DNA of 64,000 nucleotides. It comes from the human T2T-CHM13v2.0 reference genome, Homo sapiens. This document shows positions 30,046-49,012 of the stretch, piece after piece. Made by a program: the position numbers and the translations under genes. The stretch's first letter is position 1. Each line of letters begins with the position of its first letter. The notes beneath the pieces were generated by a model. That model did no database searches. It saw only the letters and a list, made by a program, of their open reading frames with translations, and was not told where the DNA came from. The DNA lies in the NCBI RefSeq assembly GCF_009914755.1, contig NC_060947.1; one strand, 5' to 3'.

Positions 30046-33000
30046 AATGAGCCATCGGGGCAGGGGGGAGTCAGAAAAGGTGAACAGTGTAGGGCGATGG
30101 TATCTTCCAGGAATGATACACAGGGACAGGAGAGAGAAAGGAAGAATGGATGAAGTTGGGGGGATAGTATCTGCCAGGAATAAGTCATGGGGCAGGAGAA
30201 AGACAGGAAGGGTGGATGGTGTGGTAGAAATCGTACCTTCCAGGAGTAACCCATAGGGTTGATAGTAGTGGGGCAGATGGTATGATCTAAGAATGACACA
30301 CAGTGTCAAAGGGAGAGAGGGAAGGTTGGACAGTGGTGGTGGGAGGAGGGAATGATATCTTCCAAAAATTACCCACAAGGGCAAGAAGGGAGAAAGGGAT
30401 AATGGAGAAAGATGGGTGGTGTTTTAGGAAAGACCCACAGAAACAAGGCGAGATGGGGACTGGAAGGGTGGATGGCATTGGGGGATTTTGTCTTCTAGGA
30501 ATGAGCCACAGGGATTAGGGGGAGATAGGAAGGACTGATGGGGCAGGAAGATAGTATGTTCCAGGTATGATCCACAGGTTCAGAGGGGAGAAAAGTATAG
30601 TGGATGGTGTTTGCCATGGATGAACCACCAGGATGGTGGGGGAGACAGAAAAGGTTGATGGTGTGGTGGGATGGTATCTTTTATGAATGACCCAAAGGGG
30701 CAAAGGGAAGGCAGGAAAGATGGATGTTGCGGGGATATCATCCACCAACAACCCAGAGGTGTAGTGGGGAGACAGGAGGTGTAGATGGTATTACCAGGAT
30801 ATGTCTTCCAGAAATGAGCCACAAAGGCAGGGATAAGATAGGAAGAGTGAATGGTGTGGCCTGGTTGCATCTTCCAGGAATGCCCCCACAGTGTTAGGGA
30901 GTGGGGAACAAGAATGGATCCCTGTGGGGGTATGGTATCTTCTAGGAATAGCCCACAGAGTCAAGGGGAAACAGGCAACATTAGGTAGTGTGTGTGTGTG
31001 GTGGGGAAATGGGGCGGGGGTGGGGTGGGGAGAATGAAATTTTCCAGCTATTTCTCTCTCTCTGGGGAGAGAAAGGGAAGGTTGGTTTGTGTGGATGGAG
31101 ATGGTATCTTCTAGGAATTACCCAAACCAGAAGGGTGAATGTCTTAGGGGAAGGGGAATTTTCCAGCAATGACCCAGAGGGATGGTGGGGAGACAGGAAA
31201 CATAGATGGTGAGGCAAGATGATGTATTCCAGAAATGACCCACAGGGCAAGGGGTAGATACAAAGGTGGATGGGGTGAGGGAGATGGTCTCTTCCAGTTA
31301 TGACCCACAAGGGTAGAGGGGACACAGATGGTGTAGATCATTTGGCAAAATGGAATTTTCCAGGAATGGTCCACAGGGAAGAGGGTACATAGGAAGGTTT
31401 GGTGGTGTGGCAGGATGGTATCTTCCAGGAATGAGCTACACTGGCAGTGGTAGGGGGGAGAAAGGAAGGGTGGATGGTGAGGGGTCATGGTTTCTTCCAA
31501 GAATGACTCATAGGATTGTACAGGAATGACCCAGAGGGGTAGCGCAGAGAGAGGAAACATGACTGGTGTGGCAGGATATACCTTCCAGGAATGGTCTACA
31601 GGAGCTAGGGGATGCAGGGAAGATGGGCTTGTTTGCAGGCATGGTTCTTCCTGGAGTAACCCAAAGGGTCAGGGGTGAGACAGCAAGGGTGGATATTGGG
31701 CCGCGGATAACTTCCAGCAATGACCAAAAGAGATGGGAGGAGACAGGAAGTGTGGAAGGTGACCAGGATGGTATTTCCAGGAATGACCCTCAAGAGTTGG
31801 GAGAGACAAGTAGGATAGATGATTTGATGGAGTGGTATCTTCCAGGAATGAACCAAAGGGGCAGAAGAAAACATGGTACATTGTGTTTAGAGAGATGGAA
31901 TCTTCCAGGAATGAGTTACCCTGGTGGTGTTTTCGGGGACATGGAAAGGGTGGGGATAGTATCTTCCAGGATGACCCACAAGGCCAAGGGGGGAGACAGG
32001 ACAGGGTGGATACTGTGTTTGTAGGGGGAGGGCATGTTACTTCTCAGGGATGTGACACAGGCACTGTGGGGACACAGAGAAGGGTAGATGTTTTGTGGAG
32101 GAGGTGGTCTCATCCCGAAATGACCCAGAGGGTTTAGAAAGGTGTAGCAGGATGGTATCTTCCAGGAATGAGCCACACGGTTGGTGGCGGGGGAAGATGG
32201 GTGGTATAGAGAGATGGTATCTTCCAGGAATGACCCACAGGGGCAAGGGGGTGACCTGAAGGGTAAAGGTTGTGAAGGGGGATATCTTCCAGTAATCACC
32301 CAAAGGGGTAGGGGGAGATAGGAAGAAAAGATAGTGAGGCAGGATGATATTTTCTAAGAATGGTCTTCAGAATGTGTGGGGTTAAGTAAACAGGAAAGGT
32401 GGATGGTGTAGGAAGATCGTATCTTCCAGGAATGAGCCACCGAGGTTGGGGTGAGACAGGTAGGTGGATGGTTTTGTAGAATGGTATTTTCCAGGAATGA
32501 GCCACAGGGCAGGGGGTAGATATAAAGGATGGATGGTATGGGGGAGATGGTATCTTCCAGGAATGAACTACAAAATTGAGGAAGGAGGGGAATGATGGAT
32601 GAGCTAGGTGGATGGGATCTGCCAGGATGGCCCACAGAGCCAAAAGAAAGACAAGGCAGAGTGGATAATGTAGGGGAAATAGTATCTTCCAGGAATATCA
32701 CACAGGCAATGCAGGGAGGCAGGAAAGGGTAGATGTTTTGGTGAGGGAGTGGTATCATCCCCAAATGACCCAGAGTGGTAGAGGGGAGATAGGATAGTTG
32801 AATGACAGGATAGTATCTTCCAGGAATGAGCCACGGTGACAGTGGTGGGGGTGGGAGACAGTAAGAGTGTATGTGGATGGTATCTTCCACGAATGACCCA
32901 CAGAAGTCAGGGAAATAAGTTTAGGCAAATGGTATCTCCTAGGAATGTGCCAAAAGGGTAGTGGTGGGGGGAGATGGGAATGGTGGATATTGTGGAAGTG

Positions 33001-36000
33001 ATATCATACAGGAATGAGCCAGAGGGGGTAGTGAGGAGTCAGGAATCATGAATGGTGTGGCAGGATATATTTTCAAGGAATGACCCACATGGGCTAAGGG
33101 GACACAGGGAATGTTGGCCTGACTGGGGACATGGTATCTTCCTGGAGTGACTCAAAGGGTTGGGGGAAGATAAGAAGGGTGGATGTTGTGGGGAATACAT
33201 TCCAACAATGACACAGAAGGATGGGGCGAGACACAAAGTGGTTAAGGTGAGGCAGGATGGTATTTTCCAGGTATGACCCACAAGGTTGGGAGAGTAAGAA
33301 AGATGAGTGATGGTGGGGGGTAATGGTATCTTCCAGGATAACCCTCAGGGGTAAGGGTAAACAGGACAAGGTGGATAGTGTTGAAGGGGTTATATCTTTC
33401 AGGAATGTGACTAAGTCTCTGGGGGGAAACAGGGAAGGGTAGATGTTTTGTGAGGGAGTGATACCAAAATGACCCAGAGGAATAGTAGGGAAATAGGACA
33501 GTTGCATGGCATGTCAGGATGGTATCTTCCAGAAATGAGTCACACTGGTGGTGGCGGAAAGAGACAAGAAAGGTGGATGTTATCATTCAAGATGATATCA
33601 TTCAAGAATTACCCAGAGGAATAGGGGAGAGACAGGAAGCCTGACTGGTGTGGCAGGGTATATTTTCTGGGAATGAGCCACAGGTGTGGGAGAAGACAGT
33701 CAGGTTAGATGGTTTGGTGGAATGAAATCTTCCAGGAATGACCCACAGGGTCATGGGGGAAAATTGAAGGGTAGACATTGTGGATGGAGATATCTTCCAG
33801 CAATGACCCAGAGGGATGGGGGAGACAGGAAATGATAATGGTGCAGCAGGATGGTATCCTCCAGGATTGAGCCACACTGGTGGGGTTGTGGGGGTCATGG
33901 TATCTTCCATGAATGACCCACTGGGGTCGAGGGAAGACTGGTAGGGTAGATGGTTTGGCGGAATGTTATTTTACAGGAATGACCCACAGGGCAGAAGGTA
34001 GATAGGAAGGATGGATACAGTAGAAGAGATGGTATGTTCCAGTAATGAGCTATAGAATTTGGGGAGGGGGGGAATGATGGATGAGGTAGGGAGATGGTAT
34101 CTTCCAGGATGACCCACAGAGCCAAGGGGGAGACAAGGCAGACTGGATAATATAAGGGGTATAGTATCTTTCAGGAGTGTGAACCAAGCACTGCAAGGAG
34201 GCAGGGAAGGGTAGATGTTTTAGGAAGAAGGTGGTATCATCCCAAGATAACCAAGAGGATAACAGGAAAATAGAATGGTTAGATGGTGTGGCAGGATGGT
34301 ATCTTCCAGAAATGAGCCAAATGACAGTGGTGGGGGTGGCAGAAGGTATGGGTGGATGGTATCTTCCAAGAATGATTCACAGAGGCAGGGGGTGGCAGAA
34401 GGTATGGGTGGATGGTATCTTCCAAGAATGATTCACAGAGGCAGGGGGAGACAGGGTACATTGGGTTTAGAGAGATGGTGTCTTCCAGGAATGAGACACC
34501 TGGGTAGTAGTAGGGGAGACAGGGTACATTGGGTTTAGAGAGATGGTGTCTTCCAGTAATGAGACACCTGGGTAGTAGTGGGGGAAAACAGGAAGGGTTG
34601 AAGTGTGGGGGGATGATATCATCCTGGAATGAGCCAGAGGATTAGTGTTGGGGGGGTTATATCAGGAATGTGACAAAGGCTCTGCGGGGAAACAGGGAAG
34701 CCTAGATGTTTTAGGGACGGTGTGGTATCACCCCGAAATGATCAGAGGGGTAGTGGGGAGATACAACGGTTGCATGGCGTGGCAGGATGGTATCTTCCAG
34801 GAATGAGTCACACTATGGGTGGTGGGGGAGACCATCAGGGGGATGTTGGCTGGCATGGTATCGTTGTGGAATGACCCAGAGGGACAGGGCAGAGAGAGAA
34901 AGCATGAATGGTGTGGCAGGATATATTTTCCAGGAATGAGTCACAGGGGCAGTAGGGAAACATGAAGAGTAGATGGTGAGGTGGGATGGTACCGCCCAGG
35001 AATGGTCCACAGGAGCTAGGGGATGCAGAGAACATTGGCTTGTTGGCAGGCATGGTTTTTCCTGTAGTGACCCAAAGGGTTGGGAGTGGTGGGGGAGATA
35101 ACTTCCATCCACGACCCAGAGGAGAGGGAGTAGACAGGAAGTGTGGAAGATGACCACGATGGTATCTTCCAGGGATGACCCAAAGGGGCAGAGGGACACA
35201 GGGTGGATTGTGTTTTGAGAGATGGTGTCTTCTAGGAATGAGCCACCCTGGTGGTGCCTGGGGGGACACAGGAAGAGGTATGTGGAGATGGCATCTTCCT
35301 GGATGACCCAAAGGGGAAAGGGGGAGACAAGGCAAGGTGGAAGTGTTGGGGGAGGTGTGACAGTATCTTTCAGGAATGTGGTATAGTCACTGTGGGGAAA
35401 CAGGGAAGGGTAGATGTGGTTATATCATCTCGAAATGACCCAGAGGGGTAGAGGGAAATAGGAAGGTTGCATGGTGTGGCAAGATGGTATCTTCCAGGAA
35501 TGAGGCACACTGGCAGTAGTGGGGGTGGAGACAGGATGGAAGGTGGATGTGGATGGTATTTTCCTGGTGTGACCCGCAGGGGCAGTAGGTAACAGTGGAT
35601 TGGGTTTAGAGAGATGGTGTCTTCCAGCAATCTGCCACAAGGGTGGTTAGAGGTCCAGGGGATACCGGAAGGGTGGATGGTGTAGCAGGATGGTATCTTC
35701 CAGGAATAAACCCTGGCAGGTGGGTGTTTTGGGGGAATTGTGTCTTCCAGGAATGGACCATAGGGGTAGATGGGAGACAGGTAGGGTATGACAGAATGAT
35801 ATTTTCCAGGCATGACCCACAGGGCAGGGGATAGAGAAGAAGGATGAATGTTGCATTGGAGATGGTATCTTCCAGGAATGAACTACGGAATTGGGGAAGC
35901 GGGGGAATGATGGATGACGTAGGGGAATGGGATCTTCCAGAATGGCTCAGAGATCCCAGAGGGAGTCAAGGCAGGGTAAATAATGTAAGAGGGGATAGTA

Positions 36001-37447
36001 TCTTTCAGGAATATGACACAGGCACTATAGGGTAGACGTTTTGGGGAGGAGGCGGTATCATCCTGAAATGACCCGGAGGGGTAGTGGGGAAACAGGAAGG
36101 TTGGATTGTGTGGCAGGATGGTATCTTCCAGGAATGAACCACACTGGTGGTGCTTCGAGGGGGACACAGGACCGGGGATGTTATCTAACAAAATGACTGA
36201 CAGGGAAGAGTAGATAGTTCTGTGTAGGGGTATAGTATCTTTCAGGAACGTGACACAGGCACTGCGGGGAGACAGGGAAGGGTAGATGTCTTAGGGAGTG
36301 GGTGGTATCATCCAGATATGACTCAGGAGTAGGGGGGAAATAGAAAGGTTGGATGGTGTGGCAATATGGTATCTTCCAGGAATGAACCACACAGGTGGTG
36401 ACTGGGGGAGGCAGGAAAGGTGGGTGGTGTTAGGGGATGGTGTCTTCTAGGAATGACCTACAGGAGAAGGGGGAGACACGGTGGATTGGCTTTGGAGAGG
36501 GCCACAGGTGCGGTGGCTGGGGAGACAAGAAGGGCAGATGGTGTGGAAGGATGGTATCTTCCAGAAACAACCCACAGGGATACAGGGAGACAGGGGTTTA
36601 GAGAGATGGTATCTTCCAGGAATGAGCCACATGGGAAGTGGTAGGGAGAGACAGGAAGGATGGACGTTGTTGGGGGTGGTATTCGGGAATGACATAGCTG
36701 GGAATGGGGGAAACAGGAAACAGGAATGCTGTAGCAAGATACATCTTCCAGGAATGAGCCACGAGGGCTTGAGGGGAGACATTATGATTGGATAGTGTTG
36801 GTACATGGTATATTCAAGGAATTAGCCATAGGTTTAGAGGGGAGACAGCAAGAGTAGATGGTGTAGAGAGGATGATATCTGCCTCTAATGGCCCACAGGT
36901 GCACGGGGGAGATAGGGGAGATTAGATAGTGTTGGGGGAATTATATCTTCCGGGAATGTGACACAGGCTCTGGAAGAGATGGTGAAGGTGGAATTTGGTT
37001 GTGGGGTGGGGGAGGGGGGAGGTAATGATATCCCCAAATCACCCATAGTATTAGGGTGGCAATAGGAAGATTGGATGGTGTAGGCAGATGGTATCTACTA
37101 GGAATGACTTTCAGAGTCAGTGGGGACATGTGAAGATAGAAAATGTGTTTGCAGAGATACTGTCTTCTAGGAATGAGACACACTTGCTGAGGGGAGGCAG
37201 GGAAGGGTGTATGTTTTGGGGGCAATGGTACCATCCAGAAATGAACCAGAGGAGTAGGGGATAGACAGGAAGAGTCAATGGTATGTGGCAGGATGCTACC
37301 TTCCAGAAATGACCCACAGGTATGTGGGGAGATAGGAAAGGTTGGATGATGTGGGAAGAATGGTATCTTTCAAGAATGACTCAAAGTTCTCAGGGGAATG
37401 GGGAGACAGGGACGGGTAGATGATGTACAGTGATGGAATCTTCTAGG
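30045..37447 (+). repeat. Degenerate G/purine-rich tandem array, ~60-68-bp monomer, roughly 110-120 copies (length/period estimate)
   Basis: Approximate consensus GGATGGTATCTTCCAGGAATGA(C/G)CCACAGGGG(T/C)AG(T/G)GGGGAGACAGGAAGGGTGGATGGTGTGGCA recurs throughout; recurring GSFLEDTI/HSWKIP/VIPGRYH peptides in minus-strand ORFs. Confidence 0.96.
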
Positions 37448-37890
37448 CATAGAGGACAGGGACAAGCTTTTGTGAAGGCCTTGAGGTGAGAAGGATATTG
37501 GCATGTTTGAGCAACTGAGTGGACAGTGTAGCTGGACCATAGTGATGACAAGAGCAAGTGGTATAAGGGGAGTTTGCAGGACTGGTCTAGAGGCTGATAG
37601 TGCAGGATCTATGGGCCACATTGAATATTTGTCCTTTCTCCACTGAAGATCGTTGAAAGGTTTTAAGCAGAGGGTTTTTTGAGTTTGGCACTTTTAAAAG
37701 CCCTCATTGGCTATAGTGTGGAGGATACAAGAGGAGATGCAAGATGACCAAGTAGGAGCCACCACTGCTATAGCCTGGACATATTGGTAGCCTGGACCAG
37801 GGCTGTGGCAATGAAGATGGAGAGGAGAGGATGGGTATTGAAAGAAGCTTATTGATGCTTAGAGAGAACCTGGATTAGCATACTTGGAGC
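37448..37890 (-). mobile_element. L2 element, right piece
   Basis: AAGGCCTTGAGGTG...TTGGCATGTTTGAG.AACTGA...CAGTGT.GCTGGA.CATAGTGA...GGTTTTAAGCAG continues the L2 consensus from the left piece. Confidence 0.7.
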
Positions 37891-37906
37891 TAACTCATAA
37901 TTTCTT

Positions 37907-44181
<6,275 letters not shown>

Positions 44182-44337
44182 AACTCATAATTTCTTAAGC
44201 AGGAGAAAATGTTAGTTTCTCCAAGAGTTAAAGAATGCATTCCTTCAGAAATTGAATCCTTGAGAGTTTTTTTCAATTGCAACAGAAAAACTTTCTGAAC
44301 ACACTAAATCGTGTTGTAAAAACATGACATTCTCTGA

Positions 44338-44619
<282 letters not shown>

Positions 44620-45844
44620 TGAAACATGAATAATTAGCAGCATGAAATGATCTCAAAAGATTTTCTGAAAAAAAAATTTCTCATTTCCTTTTGTCACTCC
44701 TGAAAAGGAGTTCACAGATAAAGAATGTTTCATTTTGAATTAATTAGGTTTTGAGAATTAAGTTCCTTCCTTTTGGTAGCAGGTAAAATTAGGCTGTTTA
44801 TGTAGGAGAAGCTAAATTCCTAAAATAATTTCTAAAAAATTCTAGAAATTGTACAATTATTGTACTTAAAATCATCTCTGTTCTAGACACAAGGTTTCTG
44901 TCCCATCTGTTTATCAGAGTGATTCTTTTATGTTAACTGCTACAGAAGGGAAGTGACTGTTCTTCCTTCTAATTTACGCAAGTGATTATGGCCACTCTTG
45001 CAATAGTAAATTCTGCCTTTTGGATTCTTAGTTTTTGCTACCCACTTGAATTTGCCCAGTTTCCATATCATTTCCTTTATTAATAAGTGAATTCATTTCG
45101 TTCATTGGCTGGACACATGGCGAAGCCAGAATCCTAATTCCCCAGACTCTGAGATTCTCTGCTTCAACCCTTTCTGTTATCCAAAGAGAATGGGTATCTC
45201 TGTTCTATAAATGTTGTGCTTGGATGGTATGAGGTTTAATTAGTAGCAGTTTACTTCTAACTTAGGTTCTCTGAGTTCCTGAATTCTGAGTGCACAGTAC
45301 AAGGTATAGAGTCTTTCTCTGCCAAGTGAATTATTCTTCTCCTGAGGAGATCACCGGAAATCCCCAAGTTCTTGTGACACCAAGACTCATTGCCCATTTG
45401 ACCCTTAGCCTTGACAAATGCAGGACAGTTGCATTTTTTAAATGTCTTTACCTACAGGCAGAGATGACAGATTACTCCTTTTAGCCAGTATTTTACTTTC
45501 TGAGGTATTTTGATTTACATTTGATATTTGTTTCCTTCATTCAGAGGAGCCAGGATACTTCTAGCCAAATTCTACATGACCTTTTGGAAAATATGGTTCA
45601 GATGATTAATCTCAAACCATGGTCACAATATTTTTATAAAGAACTTAGGCTTATCCTGTAATTTAATTCAACAAATACTAGACCTGGAGGGGTGGACAGT
45701 GAACAAGACAGAAACAGTTCGTGGTCTTTCCACCACACTAAAACTCAAAGTACCTCTTAGAAAACAGACCAGATTATAAGTTAAATGGTCTGGGTTTCTT
45801 GAGGAAAGACAAATCATGAATTTAGGTCTGAACCACTCTGGGAA

Positions 45845-45989
45845 TTTTTTTTCCTTTTTTTAATTTAATTTTTGAGACAGAGTCTTGCTTTGTTGCCTAG
45901 CCTGGTCTCCAACTCCTGGGCTCAAGCAGTCCTTCCGCCTCAGCCTCTCAAAGTGCTAAGATCACAGGCATGAGCCACCATGCCTAGCC
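45845..45989 (-). mobile_element. Alu monomer (FLAM-like)
   Basis: Reverse left monomer with T tail. Confidence 0.85.
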
Positions 45990-46113
45990 AGGAATATTTT
46001 TTATAAAGAACTTTGGTGTTGTTATTAAAACAGTAGCCAGTTACAAAAGTGCAAAAATCACTGCGTGGCTGCTTATGCAGTTTTCTGGAGGAGTATGATT
46101 GAGGAATCTGTTA

Positions 46114-46423
<310 letters not shown>

Positions 46424-46622
46424 AGAACCTTCTATAATAGGCTAAAAATATCCTTCTGGTTCTTACCAAAAGCATTGTGTTAAGGACTTACCTTCTTAGA
46501 TTAAGCTGGAAACATTTCCATGGTGATCGTAGCAGAAGGCAGAGGGTAGAGCACTTCTGGTCTTATAAGGGCCGCTCAAGAGAACTATTTAACAATATCT
46601 AAAGGAGCAAGCAGATGCTTAG

Positions 46623-46940
<318 letters not shown>

Positions 46941-47451
46941 TAGTAGGACTAGTAGGACGTGACTATCCCTAAAAGCACCCTGTAACTTTGTCTATAATAT
47001 GGCTCTATCTGCATCCTTACCTGCCTGGACAACCTCAGCCCAGAACACAGGAATCAAAGGAAATTAGAAACTTCATCCTCTGGAATAAGCCCTGTGCCTG
47101 CCCCTTCTCAGGGCTCCCTCCACACCCTGCACTCTTTGACATTTGAAGCCCACAGACTTGCTGATATTCCCCTTGGTCAGGGCAGCATTGGCATAGTGGA
47201 ACATTTCTTCGGGTTCTGTGATTTTTATAAACTTGTAATGGCTTTTCTTTGCCAGAAGCTGTGCAGGGAATGATCATTGAATTGTCTTGGTCAACTCTGC
47301 CTCTGTCCTAATGAAGTCTTCTGACAGTTAAGTGTGCAGACGTTAGAGGTGTGGCCTGTGACTTTCTGGAGGTTTTCTAATCAGTAGCCAGTAGGATTTT
47401 CCTTCCTTGGGCTTTCATAATGTTTCCTTTCTTACCTACCTCCTCCTGTAG

Positions 47452-47661
<210 letters not shown>

Positions 47662-47904
47662 TAACCAGATATAATTCAAGCAGTAGCATAATTAATGCTG
47701 ACATGTTTCCGCCTCAGTCTTCCAAATTACCAGCCTTGGTTGACCTACCTTGATCTGTTTTGTTGCCTCACAGTTGCCTCATTTTCTCATTTTGTATGTT
47801 TTTACTGCTCAATGTTGTTTAGAAGTGATAAAGATGATTTTTCACGCCTGCCACAAAGACTGCAGCTCACATTTGAGGTAATATTTTGCTTGTGTGTGTT
47901 TTAG

Positions 47905-48171
<267 letters not shown>

Positions 48172-48913
48172 TAGAAAAAGGATTAGAAATCTTGGTCTGT
48201 CAATTTCCTCATATCCTTGGCCACACATAATGACCCCAAGAGCACTTGTTGGCAATGGGAGGGAAGAAGGAGATCACATCAGTCATAAGGCCACCATTGC
48301 CCTGACTCCTGGCATCTGTCCTGCTTCTTACTTTTTATGAGCAGAGTGAGGTCAACAGGCACCATGGAAAGAGCACTGCGTTGAAGTTACACATTCCGGG
48401 ACTTCGCTTGCTTGCTAGCATCAGTCTGTAGCTGTAAAGTGGTGACAGTAATACCTACCACTAAGGTGTTGTGAGAATTAAATGAGGCAGGATCTTGGAC
48501 TTAGAAAGCTGCCCAGATATGGTGGCTACTGTTGATAAGCATTCTGGTTATACTCATCGGATTCCCTCCTCCCACCTCTTCCCTGGATTGGGTCATTCCC
48601 TCCAATGCAGCCCTTCTCTTTCCTCATGTATGCTAGGAGCCAGGGTTATCTTACCATTTTTGTCATGCATTGGCTGGTCATAAGCCCTTTATGTAAAGGT
48701 GATGGAGATGGGTCATTTTCTGTCTGTGGGTGAATAGACATCCTTATATATTCAGTGTGTGTATTTAACAAGACATAACATGTAGGGTTGGGGCCAAGAC
48801 CAAGAGTTTAAGTTTTTACTTCCTCTTAAAAAATAGTTTATATATATTTATGTGTGTATGGGTGTCTCTGATGAGCTTGATCTCGATCTCCCATTGATTT
48901 TTCTCCTGGTTAA

Positions 48914-49012
<99 letters not shown>

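Noticed and set aside
30021-37317. Dozens of overlapping ORFs (GSFLEDTI/HSWKIP/VIPGRYH peptides) as a repetitive protein gene
   Set aside because: The same DNA motif is read in all frames, unit lengths are not multiples of 3, and frames break constantly. The C/T-rich strand simply lacks stop codons.
30045-37447. CRISPR-like look of the array (palindromic conserved repeat plus variable spacers at ~63-bp period)
   Set aside because: The spacers are homologous to each other and recur in higher-order blocks, the repeats are degenerate, there are no cas genes, and the context is a human intron. It is a diverged tandem repeat.
30045-37447. HSATII/III (GGAAT)n satellite or Ig switch-region identity
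   Set aside because: GGAATG occurs once per ~63 bp rather than as a pentamer run, and AGCT/GAGCT AID hotspots are not enriched. Only the G-skew is shared.
44825-44866. Small AT-rich palindromes (AATTGTACAATT, GTACAAT-T-ATTGTAC)
   Set aside because: Short and expected by chance in very AT-rich intron sequence.
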